40,317 nucleotides of DNA from Geminicoccaceae bacterium (GTDB taxonomy: Bacteria > Pseudomonadota > Alphaproteobacteria > Geminicoccales > Geminicoccaceae), in assembly GCA_036274135.1 (NCBI GenBank), contig DASUGG010000213.1, positions 1 through 40,317 on the forward strand, written 5' to 3'. The notes beneath the pieces were generated by a model. The model was not told the origin of the DNA. It worked only from the letters and a program-made list of their open reading frames with translations, and did not search any database. Both the position numbers and the translations under genes were made by a program. Shown here piece after piece: positions 8,282-16,954 of the stretch (the first letter of the stretch is position 1; each line of letters opens with the position of its first letter).

Positions 8282-9526
8282 TTGTGGGCTTGCGGAGCGC
8301 TGAAAACGGTGCAGGGTAAACGTATTCTGCTGATCATTGCCGGCGGCGTGGCCGCCTACAAGAGCCTCGAGTTGATCCGCAGGCTGGGGGACCGTGGCTG
8401 CCGGGTCCGCTGCGTTCTGACGGCGGCGGGTGCCAGCTTCATCACGCCGCTGGCCGTTGCGAGTCTGTCCGGCGAGCGGGTGTTCGCCGATCTGTTCTCC
8501 CTCACCGACGAGGCCGAGATGGGCCATATCCGCCTGTCGCGTGAGGCGGATCTGGTGGTGGTGGCGCCCGCGACCGCCGATCTGATCGCCAAGATGGCGC
8601 ACGGTCTCGCGGACGACCTGGCGTCCACGACCCTGCTCGCCACAGACAAGCCGGTGCTGATCGCGCCGGCGATGAATCCGCAGATGTGGGGGCATCCCGC
8701 GACACGGCGCAACGTCACGGCCCTGGCGAACGATGGGATTCGGATGGTCGGCCCGAACCCGGGCGACATGGCCTGCGGCGAGACGGGACTCGGTCGCATG
8801 GCAGAGCCGGAAGAGATCATCGCGGCGATCGAAGCGTTGCTGCGACCGGCCGAGCGCCCGTTGGAGGGCATCCGCGCCCTGGTCACCAGCGGGCCGACGC
8901 ACGAGGCGATCGACCCTGTTCGTTTTCTCGCCAACCGGTCCTCGGGCAAGCAGGGGCACGCGATCGCAGCTGCGTTGGCCGCCGCCGGCGCGGATGTCAC
9001 CCTGGTGAGCGGTCCGGTCCACGAGCCTGACCCAGGGGGCGTCCGCGTCGTGCGGGTCGAGTCGGCGCTGCAGATGCTCGAGGCCTGTCAGGCCGCGCAC
9101 CCGGTCGATGTCGCGGTATGCGCCGCTGCAGTTGCCGACTGGCGGGTTGCAGAGCTGACCCTGCACAAGGTGAAGCGGCAAGGAGGACCGCCGACCTTGG
9201 TTCTACGCGAGAACCCCGACATCCTGAAGACGCTCGCCAAAGCGGGTCCTGGGCGGCCGAGACTGGTGATCGGCTTTGCGGCGGAAACGGATGACCTGTT
9301 GGCCAATGCGCGGCGCAAGCTGGCCGCCAAGGGATGCGACTGGATCCTCGCCAATGACGTCTCTGCGGAACAAGAGGTGTTCGGCGGCGTTAACAACAGT
9401 GTCGCCCTGATCCGATCGGATGCCGACCCCGAGCATTGGCCGAAGCTCGCGAAGACCGAGGTGGCGGCGTGGCTGGTGGCGCGCATTGCGGCCTACCTGC
9501 GAGGCAAGCCGGCGGTTGCGGCATGA
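8282..9526 (+). CDS. coaBC: Bifunctional phosphopantothenoylcysteine decarboxylase / phosphopantothenate-cysteine ligase
   Basis: N-terminal flavoprotein domain (GKRILLIIAGGVAAYKS, PAMNPQMW) and C-terminal CoaB domain (ALVTSGPTHEAIDPVRFLANRSSGKQG, AAAVADWR). The start may be the GTG at 8309 instead. Confidence 0.9.
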   Translation: MWACGALKTVQGKRILLIIAGGVAAYKSLELIRRLGDRGCRVRCVLTAAGASFITPLAVASLSGERVFADLFSLTDEAEMGHIRLSREADLVVVAPATADLIAKMAHGLADDLASTTLLATDKPVLIAPAMNPQMWGHPATRRNVTALANDGIRMVGPNPGDMACGETGLGRMAEPEEIIAAIEALLRPAERPLEGIRALVTSGPTHEAIDPVRFLANRSSGKQGHAIAAALAAAGADVTLVSGPVHEPDPGGVRVVRVESALQMLEACQAAHPVDVAVCAAAVADWRVAELTLHKVKRQGGPPTLVLRENPDILKTLAKAGPGRPRLVIGFAAETDDLLANARRKLAAKGCDWILANDVSAEQEVFGGVNNSVALIRSDADPEHWPKLAKTEVAAWLVARIAAYLRGKPAVAA

Positions 9527-9602
9527 CGGCGGACGCCCCCTTGTCAAAGGCCGGATGGACATCATTTGAGGCGCAACAGCCGAGACATCTAGGACGGATA
9601 CG

Positions 9603-10058
9603 ATGGAGAGGCCATCCAAGAAGCTGGTTCTCACGCTGACCGCGGTGACCGACATCGCCTATCACGGCGGCGCGGAGCCGGTGCAGAGCCAGGATATCGC
9701 GCGGCGTCTGAGCTTGCCCCGTCGCTATCTCGAGCAGGTGATGCAGCAGTTGGTGCGCGCCGGCATCCTGCGCGGCGTGCGCGGACCGCGGGGTGGCTAT
9801 CGCCTGGCGCGCGAGCGCCGTCGGGTCAGCGTGGGCGACGTGGTCCGCGTCGTGCGCGGCATCGAGGACACGCCCGTCGTCGATGATCTGGGGCCGGCGT
9901 CCGAGCTCGGCGCGAAGGTGATCGGCCCGTTCTGGGCCGCCACGGAGGAAGATCTGATGGCGCGCCTGGATCGGGTCACGATCGAGGACCTGTGCCGCCG
10001 GGCCGAGGACAAGGGCGTGATCAGCGAGGCGCAGCGCGAGGTGGATTTCGCGATCTGA
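9603..10058 (+). CDS. Rrf2-family transcriptional regulator
   Basis: Winged-helix signature SQDIARRLSLPRRYLEQVMQQLVRAGILRGVRGPRGGYRLAR. It has only one Cys, so it lacks an IscR/NsrR-type three-Cys cluster ligand set. Confidence 0.85.
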   Translation: MERPSKKLVLTLTAVTDIAYHGGAEPVQSQDIARRLSLPRRYLEQVMQQLVRAGILRGVRGPRGGYRLARERRRVSVGDVVRVVRGIEDTPVVDDLGPASELGAKVIGPFWAATEEDLMARLDRVTIEDLCRRAEDKGVISEAQREVDFAI

Positions 10059-10175
10059 CGGGCAAGGTTTCGAGCGCGACCGGAAGCGACGAAGCTAGAG
10101 GCACCACGACGGGGACGCCCCGGGGTGCGTACGCATGGAGACAGCTTCAGGCTTCGCTTGAAGCGCTCGCGCGTC

Positions 10176-11051
10176 CTAATCGGCTGAAGCGCCGCGCTTG
10201 CGCAGCCACAGGCTACATTCGAGGGCGCCGGCCGGCCGCGGCAACGTGGCAAGCGCGCTGCGCGCCAGGCGATCCGCGTGACGGCTCACCAGGTAATGGC
10301 TCGCAAACACCACCTCGTAGGCATCGCCCTGAAGCAGGGCGGCGACCGCCGATTGCTCATTGTAGCCCCGCCACGCCCAGCCTTCCGGGTAGGGATCGGG
10401 CAGGAAGATGTCGTGAAGGTGGACCAGGGTACCGGGAGCGAGCACCGGCAGAACGTGGTTGAGGAGCCGGTCGACGTCCGATCCCGGCATGAGGACGTGG
10501 CTGGAATCGATGAACAGCACGTCGCCCGGCCGTAGATCCGTGAAGCAGGCCTGTGGGACGTCTTGCAGCAGATGCGGCAGCCACTCGACAGCCAAGTTCT
10601 GCAGCGACGCACGCGGGGCCGGATCGATGCAGAGCAGGCTGGTCCTGAGGCCGCCATCGGCGATCGCCCGGGCGAGAAAGCGGGTCGAGTGGCCCGAGCC
10701 GACCTCGACGATGCGATGCGGCCTCGTCCGTCGCACGATGGCGTAGGCGGCGGCTGCATCCAGGCGCGCAAACCAGTCCTGATCGAAGCGCGGCGCAGGT
10801 GCCGGTCCCCTCATCGTCAGGAACTGCGGGATCCAGGCTTCGATCTCCGCCAGAAGGTCGAGGAACGCACCGGCCCGAGCCGCGAACCGGGCACCGAGCG
10901 CCGGGTAGCCGCCGGTCTTGACACGATCGGCATATCGATAAGGGATGAAAAAGCCCCGCGGCTTCGCGCCGAGCAGGGTCGACAGTCCCATCGCGAGGCG
11001 ACGCCGTCGGCCTGAGCGCCGGTAGCGCGATCCCCACAGCAGTCCGGCCAT
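10176..11051 (-). CDS. Class I SAM-dependent methyltransferase
   Basis: 291-aa ORF with motif I IVEVGSGHSTRFLA, followed by LCIDP and LFIDSSH (post-I and motif II-like). Confidence 0.65.
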   Translation of the reverse strand: MAGLLWGSRYRRSGRRRRLAMGLSTLLGAKPRGFFIPYRYADRVKTGGYPALGARFAARAGAFLDLLAEIEAWIPQFLTMRGPAPAPRFDQDWFARLDAAAAYAIVRRTRPHRIVEVGSGHSTRFLARAIADGGLRTSLLCIDPAPRASLQNLAVEWLPHLLQDVPQACFTDLRPGDVLFIDSSHVLMPGSDVDRLLNHVLPVLAPGTLVHLHDIFLPDPYPEGWAWRGYNEQSAVAALLQGDAYEVVFASHYLVSRHADRLARSALATLPRPAGALECSLWLRKRGASAD

Positions 11052-11072
11052 CCGGCGACCACCCGCCTGCGC

Positions 11073-11909
11073 TCAAGGGCGCAGCACCAGCCCCTCATAC
11101 GCTACGCTCGAGCCGGGGCGGGCCCGGGCGAGAGCTTCGGCGATGCGGTCGAGATCGGCATCGCTGTGGTCGGGGTCGTGATGGAAGGCAATCAGGGCGC
11201 CGGCCCCCGCTGCTTCGCAGAGCTTCACGCCTTGCTGCCAGGTCGAATGGCCCCAGCCGCGATAGCGCGGGTACTCCTCCTCCGTATAGGTGCAGTCGTA
11301 GAGCACGAGCTGGCTGCCGCGGATCAGCTCGATGATGTTGCGGTCGAGTTCGCCCTCGCGATGCTCGGTATCGGTGACGTAGCAGATCGACCGACCGCCA
11401 TAGTCGATGCGATAGCCGGTCGCGCCGTCGGGATGATTGAGGGGCGCGGTGCGCAGCACGATGCCAGGCAGTGGTTGCAGCGTGTCGCCGGCCTCGAAAT
11501 CGTGAAACGCCATGTTGGCGTGCATGACGCGCAGCGGCACCGGAAAGATGGGTTTGCTCATGATCGCCGACAGCGCGCTCCGAATGCTGCCCTGTTCCGC
11601 CGGCCCGTGACCCGCCCAGATCTGGAAGGTGTTCTTCGCGCTGTAGGCAGGACGAAAGAAAGGAAAGCCGCCGATGTGATCCATATGGGTGTGGGTCAGG
11701 AAGATATGTGCGTTCAATCCTTCCTGCTCGGCCAGGGTGGCACCGAGCGCGCGGATTCCGGTACCGGCATCGAAGATCAGCCGCTGGCCGCCGCACATCA
11801 CCTCGACGCAGGGCGTGTTGCCGCCGTAGCGTACGGTGTCGGGGCCGGGGACAGGCACCGTACCGCGCACGCCCCAGAAGCGGACCCAGAAGTCCTCATC
11901 CTGTGCCAT
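11073..11909 (-). CDS. MBL-fold metallo-hydrolase
   Basis: Has FWGVRGTVPVPG...YGGNTPCVEV...DAGTGIR...LTHTHMDHIGGFPFF (HxHxDH) and GWGHST...AFHHDPDHSD. ATG at 11909 is preceded by AGGGGG. Confidence 0.85.
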   Translation of the reverse strand: MAQDEDFWVRFWGVRGTVPVPGPDTVRYGGNTPCVEVMCGGQRLIFDAGTGIRALGATLAEQEGLNAHIFLTHTHMDHIGGFPFFRPAYSAKNTFQIWAGHGPAEQGSIRSALSAIMSKPIFPVPLRVMHANMAFHDFEAGDTLQPLPGIVLRTAPLNHPDGATGYRIDYGGRSICYVTDTEHREGELDRNIIELIRGSQLVLYDCTYTEEEYPRYRGWGHSTWQQGVKLCEAAGAGALIAFHHDPDHSDADLDRIAEALARARPGSSVAYEGLVLRP

Positions 11910-11999
11910 CGAGCCGCCCCCTGCGCGCAGCAAAGATGGAATTCCGGGCCGCGACAGGACCTGGAAACCATTGGAAGGCTATGATGTCGAGCAGGTGCT

Positions 12000-12515
12000 T
12001 CATCGAGATCGATGGACGTAGAGGAAATAGCGGTCGGGCGCGATATCACCGGGCAAGGGCTGCGGCACCAGGAAGGGATGCCGCAGAGGCTGATCGGCGG
12101 CCACCCATGCACCCGCTGCGAGCAGAGCGGGCAGAGCGCCGGAAAGCCATTGGGCCAGCGCGGCGGTGGCCTCGTGATCGCCGCTGCCGATGTCGGCATG
12201 CGCCAGCGCCGCCTTGGCCTGCAGCCGCCGCCCGGCGTCCGGCAGCGTCTGGCGGAGGTCGCCCAGGAAGAGATGGTGCCGATCCGGCCGGTCGGCGGGA
12301 TGAGCACGGACCTCGCGCTCGAAGACGAAGATTTCCCGCGCCGGCAGCCGCTCGCACAGGTGGTCGTAGGTGCGACCGTTGCCCAGGCCGAGCTCGAGCA
12401 CTGGCCCCGGCAGATCGGCAATCCTTGCGATCGCCAGCTCGAGGCAGGCTCGTTGCGCCTCAAGCCGACGGATGAAGCTGTCGAGACGGCTCACATGGCT
12501 TTCCTTGACGGACAT
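12000..12515 (-). CDS. Small class I SAM-methyltransferase-like protein
   Basis: 171-aa ORF. VLELGLGNGRTYDHL is a glycine-rich motif-I-like segment, followed by IFVFER and LAHADIGSGD. The family is usually annotated as a class I SAM-dependent methyltransferase. Confidence 0.55.
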   Translation of the reverse strand: MSVKESHVSRLDSFIRRLEAQRACLELAIARIADLPGPVLELGLGNGRTYDHLCERLPAREIFVFEREVRAHPADRPDRHHLFLGDLRQTLPDAGRRLQAKAALAHADIGSGDHEATAALAQWLSGALPALLAAGAWVAADQPLRHPFLVPQPLPGDIAPDRYFLYVHRSR

Positions 12516-12595
12516 CCCAGGATTGCCGCAGCCGCGCCACCGGTCAACAAGGCATCGGCGTAGGCCACGTGGCCGACCTGAACGGATCGAAACGC

Positions 12596-13414
12596 ATGCG
12601 AACAGCCAGGTTCATCATGATCGTCCTTGCGGTCTGGTCGGCGGGCGGCGTCGCCGGCATGGATCTGCATCTTGTCGGCGAGCTCACACAGGGCAGCCTG
12701 GTACGCGGTCGTGTGGCCCCTGGGAGTGAGGCGTGGCTGGACGGGCGAGCGCTGCGCGTGACGGCGGACGGCTGGTTCGTGTTCGGGTTCGACCGCGATG
12801 CCCCTGTCTCGGCGGAACTCGTGCTGAGGGGCCCGAGCGGCGAGGAAGGTCGCTATCCCCTGGACGTCGCCCCGCGAACCTATCGGGTTCAGCATATTGA
12901 CGGTCTGCCGCCCCGCGAGGTCACGCCGAGCGAGACGGATCTCGCCAGGATCCGCGCCGACGGCGTCCTGCTGGATGCCGCGAAGCGGCGTGACAGCCCG
13001 GCGGATGGCTTCACGGAGCAGATGATCTGGCCGGTGAGCGGCCGGATCAGCGGCGTGTTCGGCAGTCAGCGGATCCTCAATGGCGAGCCGCGAGCGCCAC
13101 ATCGGGGCGTCGACATCGCAGCGCCTGCCGGCGCCTCGGTAGGCGCGGCGGCGAGCGGCGTCGTATCGCTTGCCGAGAGCGACATGTATTTCACCGGCGG
13201 CACGGTCATGCTCGATCATGGCTACGGTGTGCACAGCATCTATGCTCATCTCGACGAAGTCAGGGTTACCGTCGGCCAAAGGCTCCGCCAGGGCCAGGTC
13301 CTCGGCACGGTCGGGGCGACCGGGCGCGCCAGCGGACCTCATCTACACTGGGGGGTCTATTGGTTCGACCATGCGGTCGACCCGGCATTGCTGGTCGGCA
13401 GCGTGTCGAAGTAG
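12596..13414 (+). CDS. M23-family metallopeptidase (secreted)
   Basis: Signal-like N-terminus MRTARFIMIVLAVWSAGGVAG. Zinc motifs HRGVDIAAPAG (HxxxD) and GATGRASGPHLHWGV (HxH). The track ORF starts at GTG 12569. Confidence 0.85.
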   Translation: MRTARFIMIVLAVWSAGGVAGMDLHLVGELTQGSLVRGRVAPGSEAWLDGRALRVTADGWFVFGFDRDAPVSAELVLRGPSGEEGRYPLDVAPRTYRVQHIDGLPPREVTPSETDLARIRADGVLLDAAKRRDSPADGFTEQMIWPVSGRISGVFGSQRILNGEPRAPHRGVDIAAPAGASVGAAASGVVSLAESDMYFTGGTVMLDHGYGVHSIYAHLDEVRVTVGQRLRQGQVLGTVGATGRASGPHLHWGVYWFDHAVDPALLVGSVSK

Positions 13415-13543
13415 CGAGAAGCAGGCCGCGCCGGTTGGGCATGCTTAATCGCTCTTTATGAGTTTGTCAGGGATAACTGCTGGCGCTTGCTGCTGCCGCG
13501 AGTCGAATCGGCTTAAAGCGTCACCACCTATTTCGAGACTACC

Positions 13544-14821
13544 ATGCAGCCCTCTTCGGAACGAGCCCAGGTCGAGACGCAGCTAGTCGCCTTTGTCGAA
13601 AGCCTGGAGAACCGCGTCTTCGGCTGGCGAGCGATCCATCTGCAGCTATCGCAGCTGGAGCCGCACAACCGACGCCATCTCAAGCTCCATATGGCGGTCA
13701 GCGCGTTCGGTGGCCTCCTGGAGCGCTTCAAGGGCGAACTGTTCCAGCTGTCCCACGGCGACATTTTCTATTGCTGGCACGGAGACTCCGCGGCCGAGGT
13801 TCAGCAGGTAGTGCTGGGACTTTGCTGTCTGTTCAGCGATGACCCGCTGATCAAGGCTGACGGCGATCACATAGACCCGGCGGACAACCCCGACCTTGAC
13901 GGGATTCGCGGCGGTGCGGCCATACGGCGACGCTTCTGCAGCTGGTTCGACCTCGAGTGCGAGTACGAGACGCTTTGTCTTCGCGTGCAACAGAGCGTCG
14001 TCGAGGCGGGCGGAACGGCCAAGGGCCGCAAGGCAGGCGATCGGCGTCCGCTCGATCCCTCCCAACTGGCGAGGATCGAGACGCGTCTCGAGGCGATGAG
14101 CCTCTCAGGGCTCATCCGCCGGCAACCGATTTGTGCCCTGCTCCCCGGCGCCGCACCGCGTGCCCTCTTCACGGAAGTGCACATCGCCATCCGCAAGCTG
14201 GCCGAGGTGCTCGACGTCGACCTCACCGCCGATCTCTGGCTGTTTCAGCGTCTTGGCGAGTCGCTGGACCGCCGTCTGATGTCCAGCCTGGCGCATGGCG
14301 TCAAGGACCTGGGAGGGCCGATCAGCATCAACTTGCGGCTTGCGACGCTGCTCTCTCCTGAGTTCCTGAAGTTTGACGACACCTATCGCAAGCATCGCTC
14401 AAGCTCTGTCGTCATCGAGTTGCAGCTGATCGATATCTTTGCCGAATTAGGAAGCTTTCTGTTCATTCGGGAATTCTTGCGGGCCCGAGGCTATCTGGTC
14501 TGCGTCGATGGTCTTCACTATCTCCATCTACCGTTGATTGACCGCAAGCGCCTCGGCGCCGATATGGTCAAGATCATCTGGAGCCCAGATCTGCTGGATG
14601 CGATGAACGGTGGCCAGCTCGAGGAGTTCAAGGCGGCGACCAAGCGCACGGGTGTCGACCGGGTGGTGCTGTGTCGCTGCGAGACCGCGGACGCGGTCAA
14701 CTGGGGGCAGACCGTCGGCATTCGGCTGTTTCAGGGCCACTACGTCGATTCGCTCCTGCGTGCGTCGCGTCCGGCGGCCATCGCCTCCGCGCGCAGTGCT
14801 CTCCGCAACGCCAGCTGTTAG
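13544..14821 (+). CDS. Degenerate GGDEF-like / EAL-like domain protein (probably catalytically inactive)
   Basis: 425-aa ORF. The C-terminal half follows the EAL-domain motif order with substitutions: RRQPICAL...EVHIAIR (EAL->EVH), ISINL (N kept), VVIELQL (ELTE-like), VCVDGLHY (DDFG->VDGL), MVKIIW (KID->KII), VLCRCET (EGVE->CRCE) and FQGHY (QGY kept). The N-terminal segment LSHGDIFYCW sits where a GGDEF motif would be. Confidence 0.6.
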   Translation: MQPSSERAQVETQLVAFVESLENRVFGWRAIHLQLSQLEPHNRRHLKLHMAVSAFGGLLERFKGELFQLSHGDIFYCWHGDSAAEVQQVVLGLCCLFSDDPLIKADGDHIDPADNPDLDGIRGGAAIRRRFCSWFDLECEYETLCLRVQQSVVEAGGTAKGRKAGDRRPLDPSQLARIETRLEAMSLSGLIRRQPICALLPGAAPRALFTEVHIAIRKLAEVLDVDLTADLWLFQRLGESLDRRLMSSLAHGVKDLGGPISINLRLATLLSPEFLKFDDTYRKHRSSSVVIELQLIDIFAELGSFLFIREFLRARGYLVCVDGLHYLHLPLIDRKRLGADMVKIIWSPDLLDAMNGGQLEEFKAATKRTGVDRVVLCRCETADAVNWGQTVGIRLFQGHYVDSLLRASRPAAIASARSALRNASC

Positions 14822-15074
14822 AGCCACGATCCTTCACGCGGCCTTAGCTCTGGCAGCACTCCGGACCTCGACGATCCCGGTCGTCTCGTCGCGCACAGGC
14901 GGAATGGTCCCGGCCTGTGGCGCCTCCAAGGTCAGGGAGGAGACGCCATCGTTGCGATACTGGCCCGGTCATCCGGCACGGCCTCTCCGAACTTTCCCGC
15001 CGTCGTCGCGTCCCACTTCGTATCGACGCCGATCGCTTTGCGGCTGCGGCGGGCAGCTCGTGTGGCCCGCTGGT

Positions 15075-16385
15075 TCAGGCGCTTCTTGCCAGAGGTTCGG
15101 TTGGCCCGGCGGCGAGCGGCGGCACCGCCACTCCCTCCTCACCATACTGGCGAAGCCTGTTGCGCAGCGTGCGGATCGATATGCCGAGGAGAGCTGCCGC
15201 GATCGTGCGGTTGCCGGATGTGGAATGAAGCGTCTTCAGGATCAGGTCGCGCTCGACTTCGGCGACCGTCCGGCCGACCGGCGGCCAGCCACCGGGCCGG
15301 CCGGATGCCCCACTGCCGTGCAGCCCGAGGTCGTCGATGCCGATCTTGTCGCCGGTCGCCAGCAGCACCGCACGGTGGATGCAGTTCTCGAGCTCGCGGA
15401 CGTTGCCGCGCCAGTGATGGGACCGTAGGCGTGTCACCGCGGCCGTGCTGAGCGGGCGGCGGCGCAGGCCATTGATCGCCGCGTATCGCGCCGCGAAATG
15501 GCCAGCCAGCATGACGATGTCCGCGGGTCTCTGGCGCAGCGGGGGGAGGTGCAGGTTGACCACGTTCAGCCGGAACCAGAGATCTTCCCGGAATCGGCCG
15601 GCAGCGACCTCGGCTTCGAGATCGCGATTGCTCGTCGCAACCAGTCGGATATCGACCTTGATCGGAGCGGCGCTGCCCAGCGGATCGATCTCCCGCTCCT
15701 GGATCGCGCGCAGCAGCTTGGCCTGAAGGCGAGGGTGCATCTCGCTGATCTCGTCGAGCAGAAGGGTGCCCCCGTGCGCCTCCTCAAACTTGCCGACGCG
15801 GCGTGCGACGGCACCGGTGAAGGCGCCCTTCTCATGCCCGAACAGCTCCGATTCGAGAAGATTTTCGGGGATCGCGGCGCAGTTCACCGATACGAGGCGC
15901 TGATCCCGCCGGCGGCTGTGCCGATGCACATAGCGCGCCAGCATCTCCTTGCCGGTGCCACTCTCGCCGGTGATCAGCACTCCGGCATCGGAGTGGGCGA
16001 TTTGGCGCGCGACGGCGAGGAGTTGCCGCGTCGCCATATCCACCGAAACCAGCTCGCACGGATCGTGGACCGCGTCGGCGGCGAGGGCATCCACCAGTCC
16101 GGGCTCGGCCGGCAGTACCAGAAAGCCCCTTGCGCGCGCCGCGTCGGTCGCGGCTGCCAAGGCATCGGATCGGTCCGTGCCCGGACATCCGGCCGCGGCG
16201 ACGTGCCCTGATCTCGCAACGTCGGACGCCGCATCGATCAGGATTGCGTCGATATGCGGTTCGGCGAGCAGTGCCAGCCGTGCGTGCGCCAGGCTGGGCA
16301 CCTGGTGAAAGACGATGCCGGGCACCTCGAGCCGGCGCGCGCGTTCAAGCACCTCGTCGCTTGCGGCGACGATCAGGAACTGCAT
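15075..16385 (-). CDS. Sigma-54-dependent Fis-family transcriptional activator with a degenerate receiver-like N-domain
   Basis: Walker [18 protein letters not shown] (GAFTGA loop), [15 protein letters not shown], and a C-terminal [23 protein letters not shown]. The N-terminus is [11 protein letters not shown] where canonical receivers have DD. Start set at ATG 16385. Confidence 0.9.
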   Translation of the reverse strand: MQFLIVAASDEVLERARRLEVPGIVFHQVPSLAHARLALLAEPHIDAILIDAASDVARSGHVAAAGCPGTDRSDALAAATDAARARGFLVLPAEPGLVDALAADAVHDPCELVSVDMATRQLLAVARQIAHSDAGVLITGESGTGKEMLARYVHRHSRRRDQRLVSVNCAAIPENLLESELFGHEKGAFTGAVARRVGKFEEAHGGTLLLDEISEMHPRLQAKLLRAIQEREIDPLGSAAPIKVDIRLVATSNRDLEAEVAAGRFREDLWFRLNVVNLHLPPLRQRPADIVMLAGHFAARYAAINGLRRRPLSTAAVTRLRSHHWRGNVRELENCIHRAVLLATGDKIGIDDLGLHGSGASGRPGGWPPVGRTVAEVERDLILKTLHSTSGNRTIAAALLGISIRTLRNRLRQYGEEGVAVPPLAAGPTEPLARSA

Positions 16386-16704
16386 CGCAGCATCCCGGCG
16401 ATGGCGGGCCGGCAGGTCGGACGCGCCGTGGCGTGCCGCCGGCAGCACTGCACTTGCCGCCGGCCGGCTCGACGGCTCCGGCTCGGACCGTAGAGCGTGT
16501 CCAGTAACTCCGTCATCGCATCTGCTGTCGCGGGTGAACCCTGCAGGAAAACTTGATCGCAGAGTGTTCCCGTCGTCGTTAAGGATGTCTTGCGCCGCGG
16601 CGGGATGGTAGGGCGCGCAGTGCCGCGGTATCCGGGCGCGTTACGTCGTGCGGCGGAGGGCGAGCTGCACTACGCCGCATCTCTCCGGAATGAAAGTGAG
16701 GCCG

Positions 16705-16719
16705 TTAACCTTATGTTAA
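16705..16719. promoter_or_regulatory. Perfect CtrA-type box TTAA-N7-TTAA
   Basis: The sequence is TTAACCTTATGTTAA. TTAA is rare in this GC-rich window, and this is the only full TTAA-N7-TTAA I found by eye. It lies in the 570-nt intergenic region between the sigma-54 activator and the repressor gene, just upstream of the candidate sRNA. Confidence 0.4.
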
Positions 16720-16744
16720 GCGGCTACGTGTTACAGCTCTCGAG

Positions 16745-16872
16745 GCTTGGTCGTGATGCCGATGCTCGATATCCCGAGCTACCCGGCAATCCTGCCAAGT
16801 CGATGTCCTCCCTGACGTTGTGATGCCTCCCTGTTGAATTGGCCGCCGGTTTACCGGCGGCCTCTTTGTCTG
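16745..16872 (+). ncRNA. Candidate trans-acting sRNA with two CCUCCC anti-Shine-Dalgarno motifs (5' end not defined)
   Basis: No plausible protein ORF on this strand. The hairpin 16801-16820 (CGAUGUC-CUCCCU-GACGUUG) displays CUCCCU in its loop. A second CCUCCCU at 16826-16832 is unpaired, immediately before a strong intrinsic terminator at 16841-16872. Confidence 0.35.
16841..16872 (+). terminator. Rho-independent terminator
   Basis: GGCCGCCGG-TTTA-CCGGCGGCC is a perfect 9-bp GC stem, followed by TCTTTGTCTG. On the opposite strand the stem is followed by AATTCAAC (no U tract), so plus orientation is favoured. Confidence 0.6.
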
Positions 16873-16954
16873 TGGCGACAGGATCTGCACCGTGCGGTAG
16901 CCACGCACACTGCTATGGGTCTTGAGTGGAACGAGCGTCGCAAAGAAGAGTCTG

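Noticed and set aside
13445-13459. TTAATCGCTCTTTAT upstream of the EAL-like gene as a CtrA site
   Set aside because: Only one half-site is TTAA and the second is TTAT. This is too weak to annotate as a feature; it is mentioned only as context.
14822-15074. Protein-like reverse-strand translations in the gap between the EAL-like gene and the sigma-54 activator (for example KAIGVDTKWDATTAGKFGEAVPDDRASIAT and SLTLEAPQAGTIPPVRDETTGIVEVRSAARAKAA in different frames)
   Set aside because: There is no start codon or RBS, the two pieces lie in different frames, and I recognised no family. It may be a decayed small gene, but I cannot support a call.
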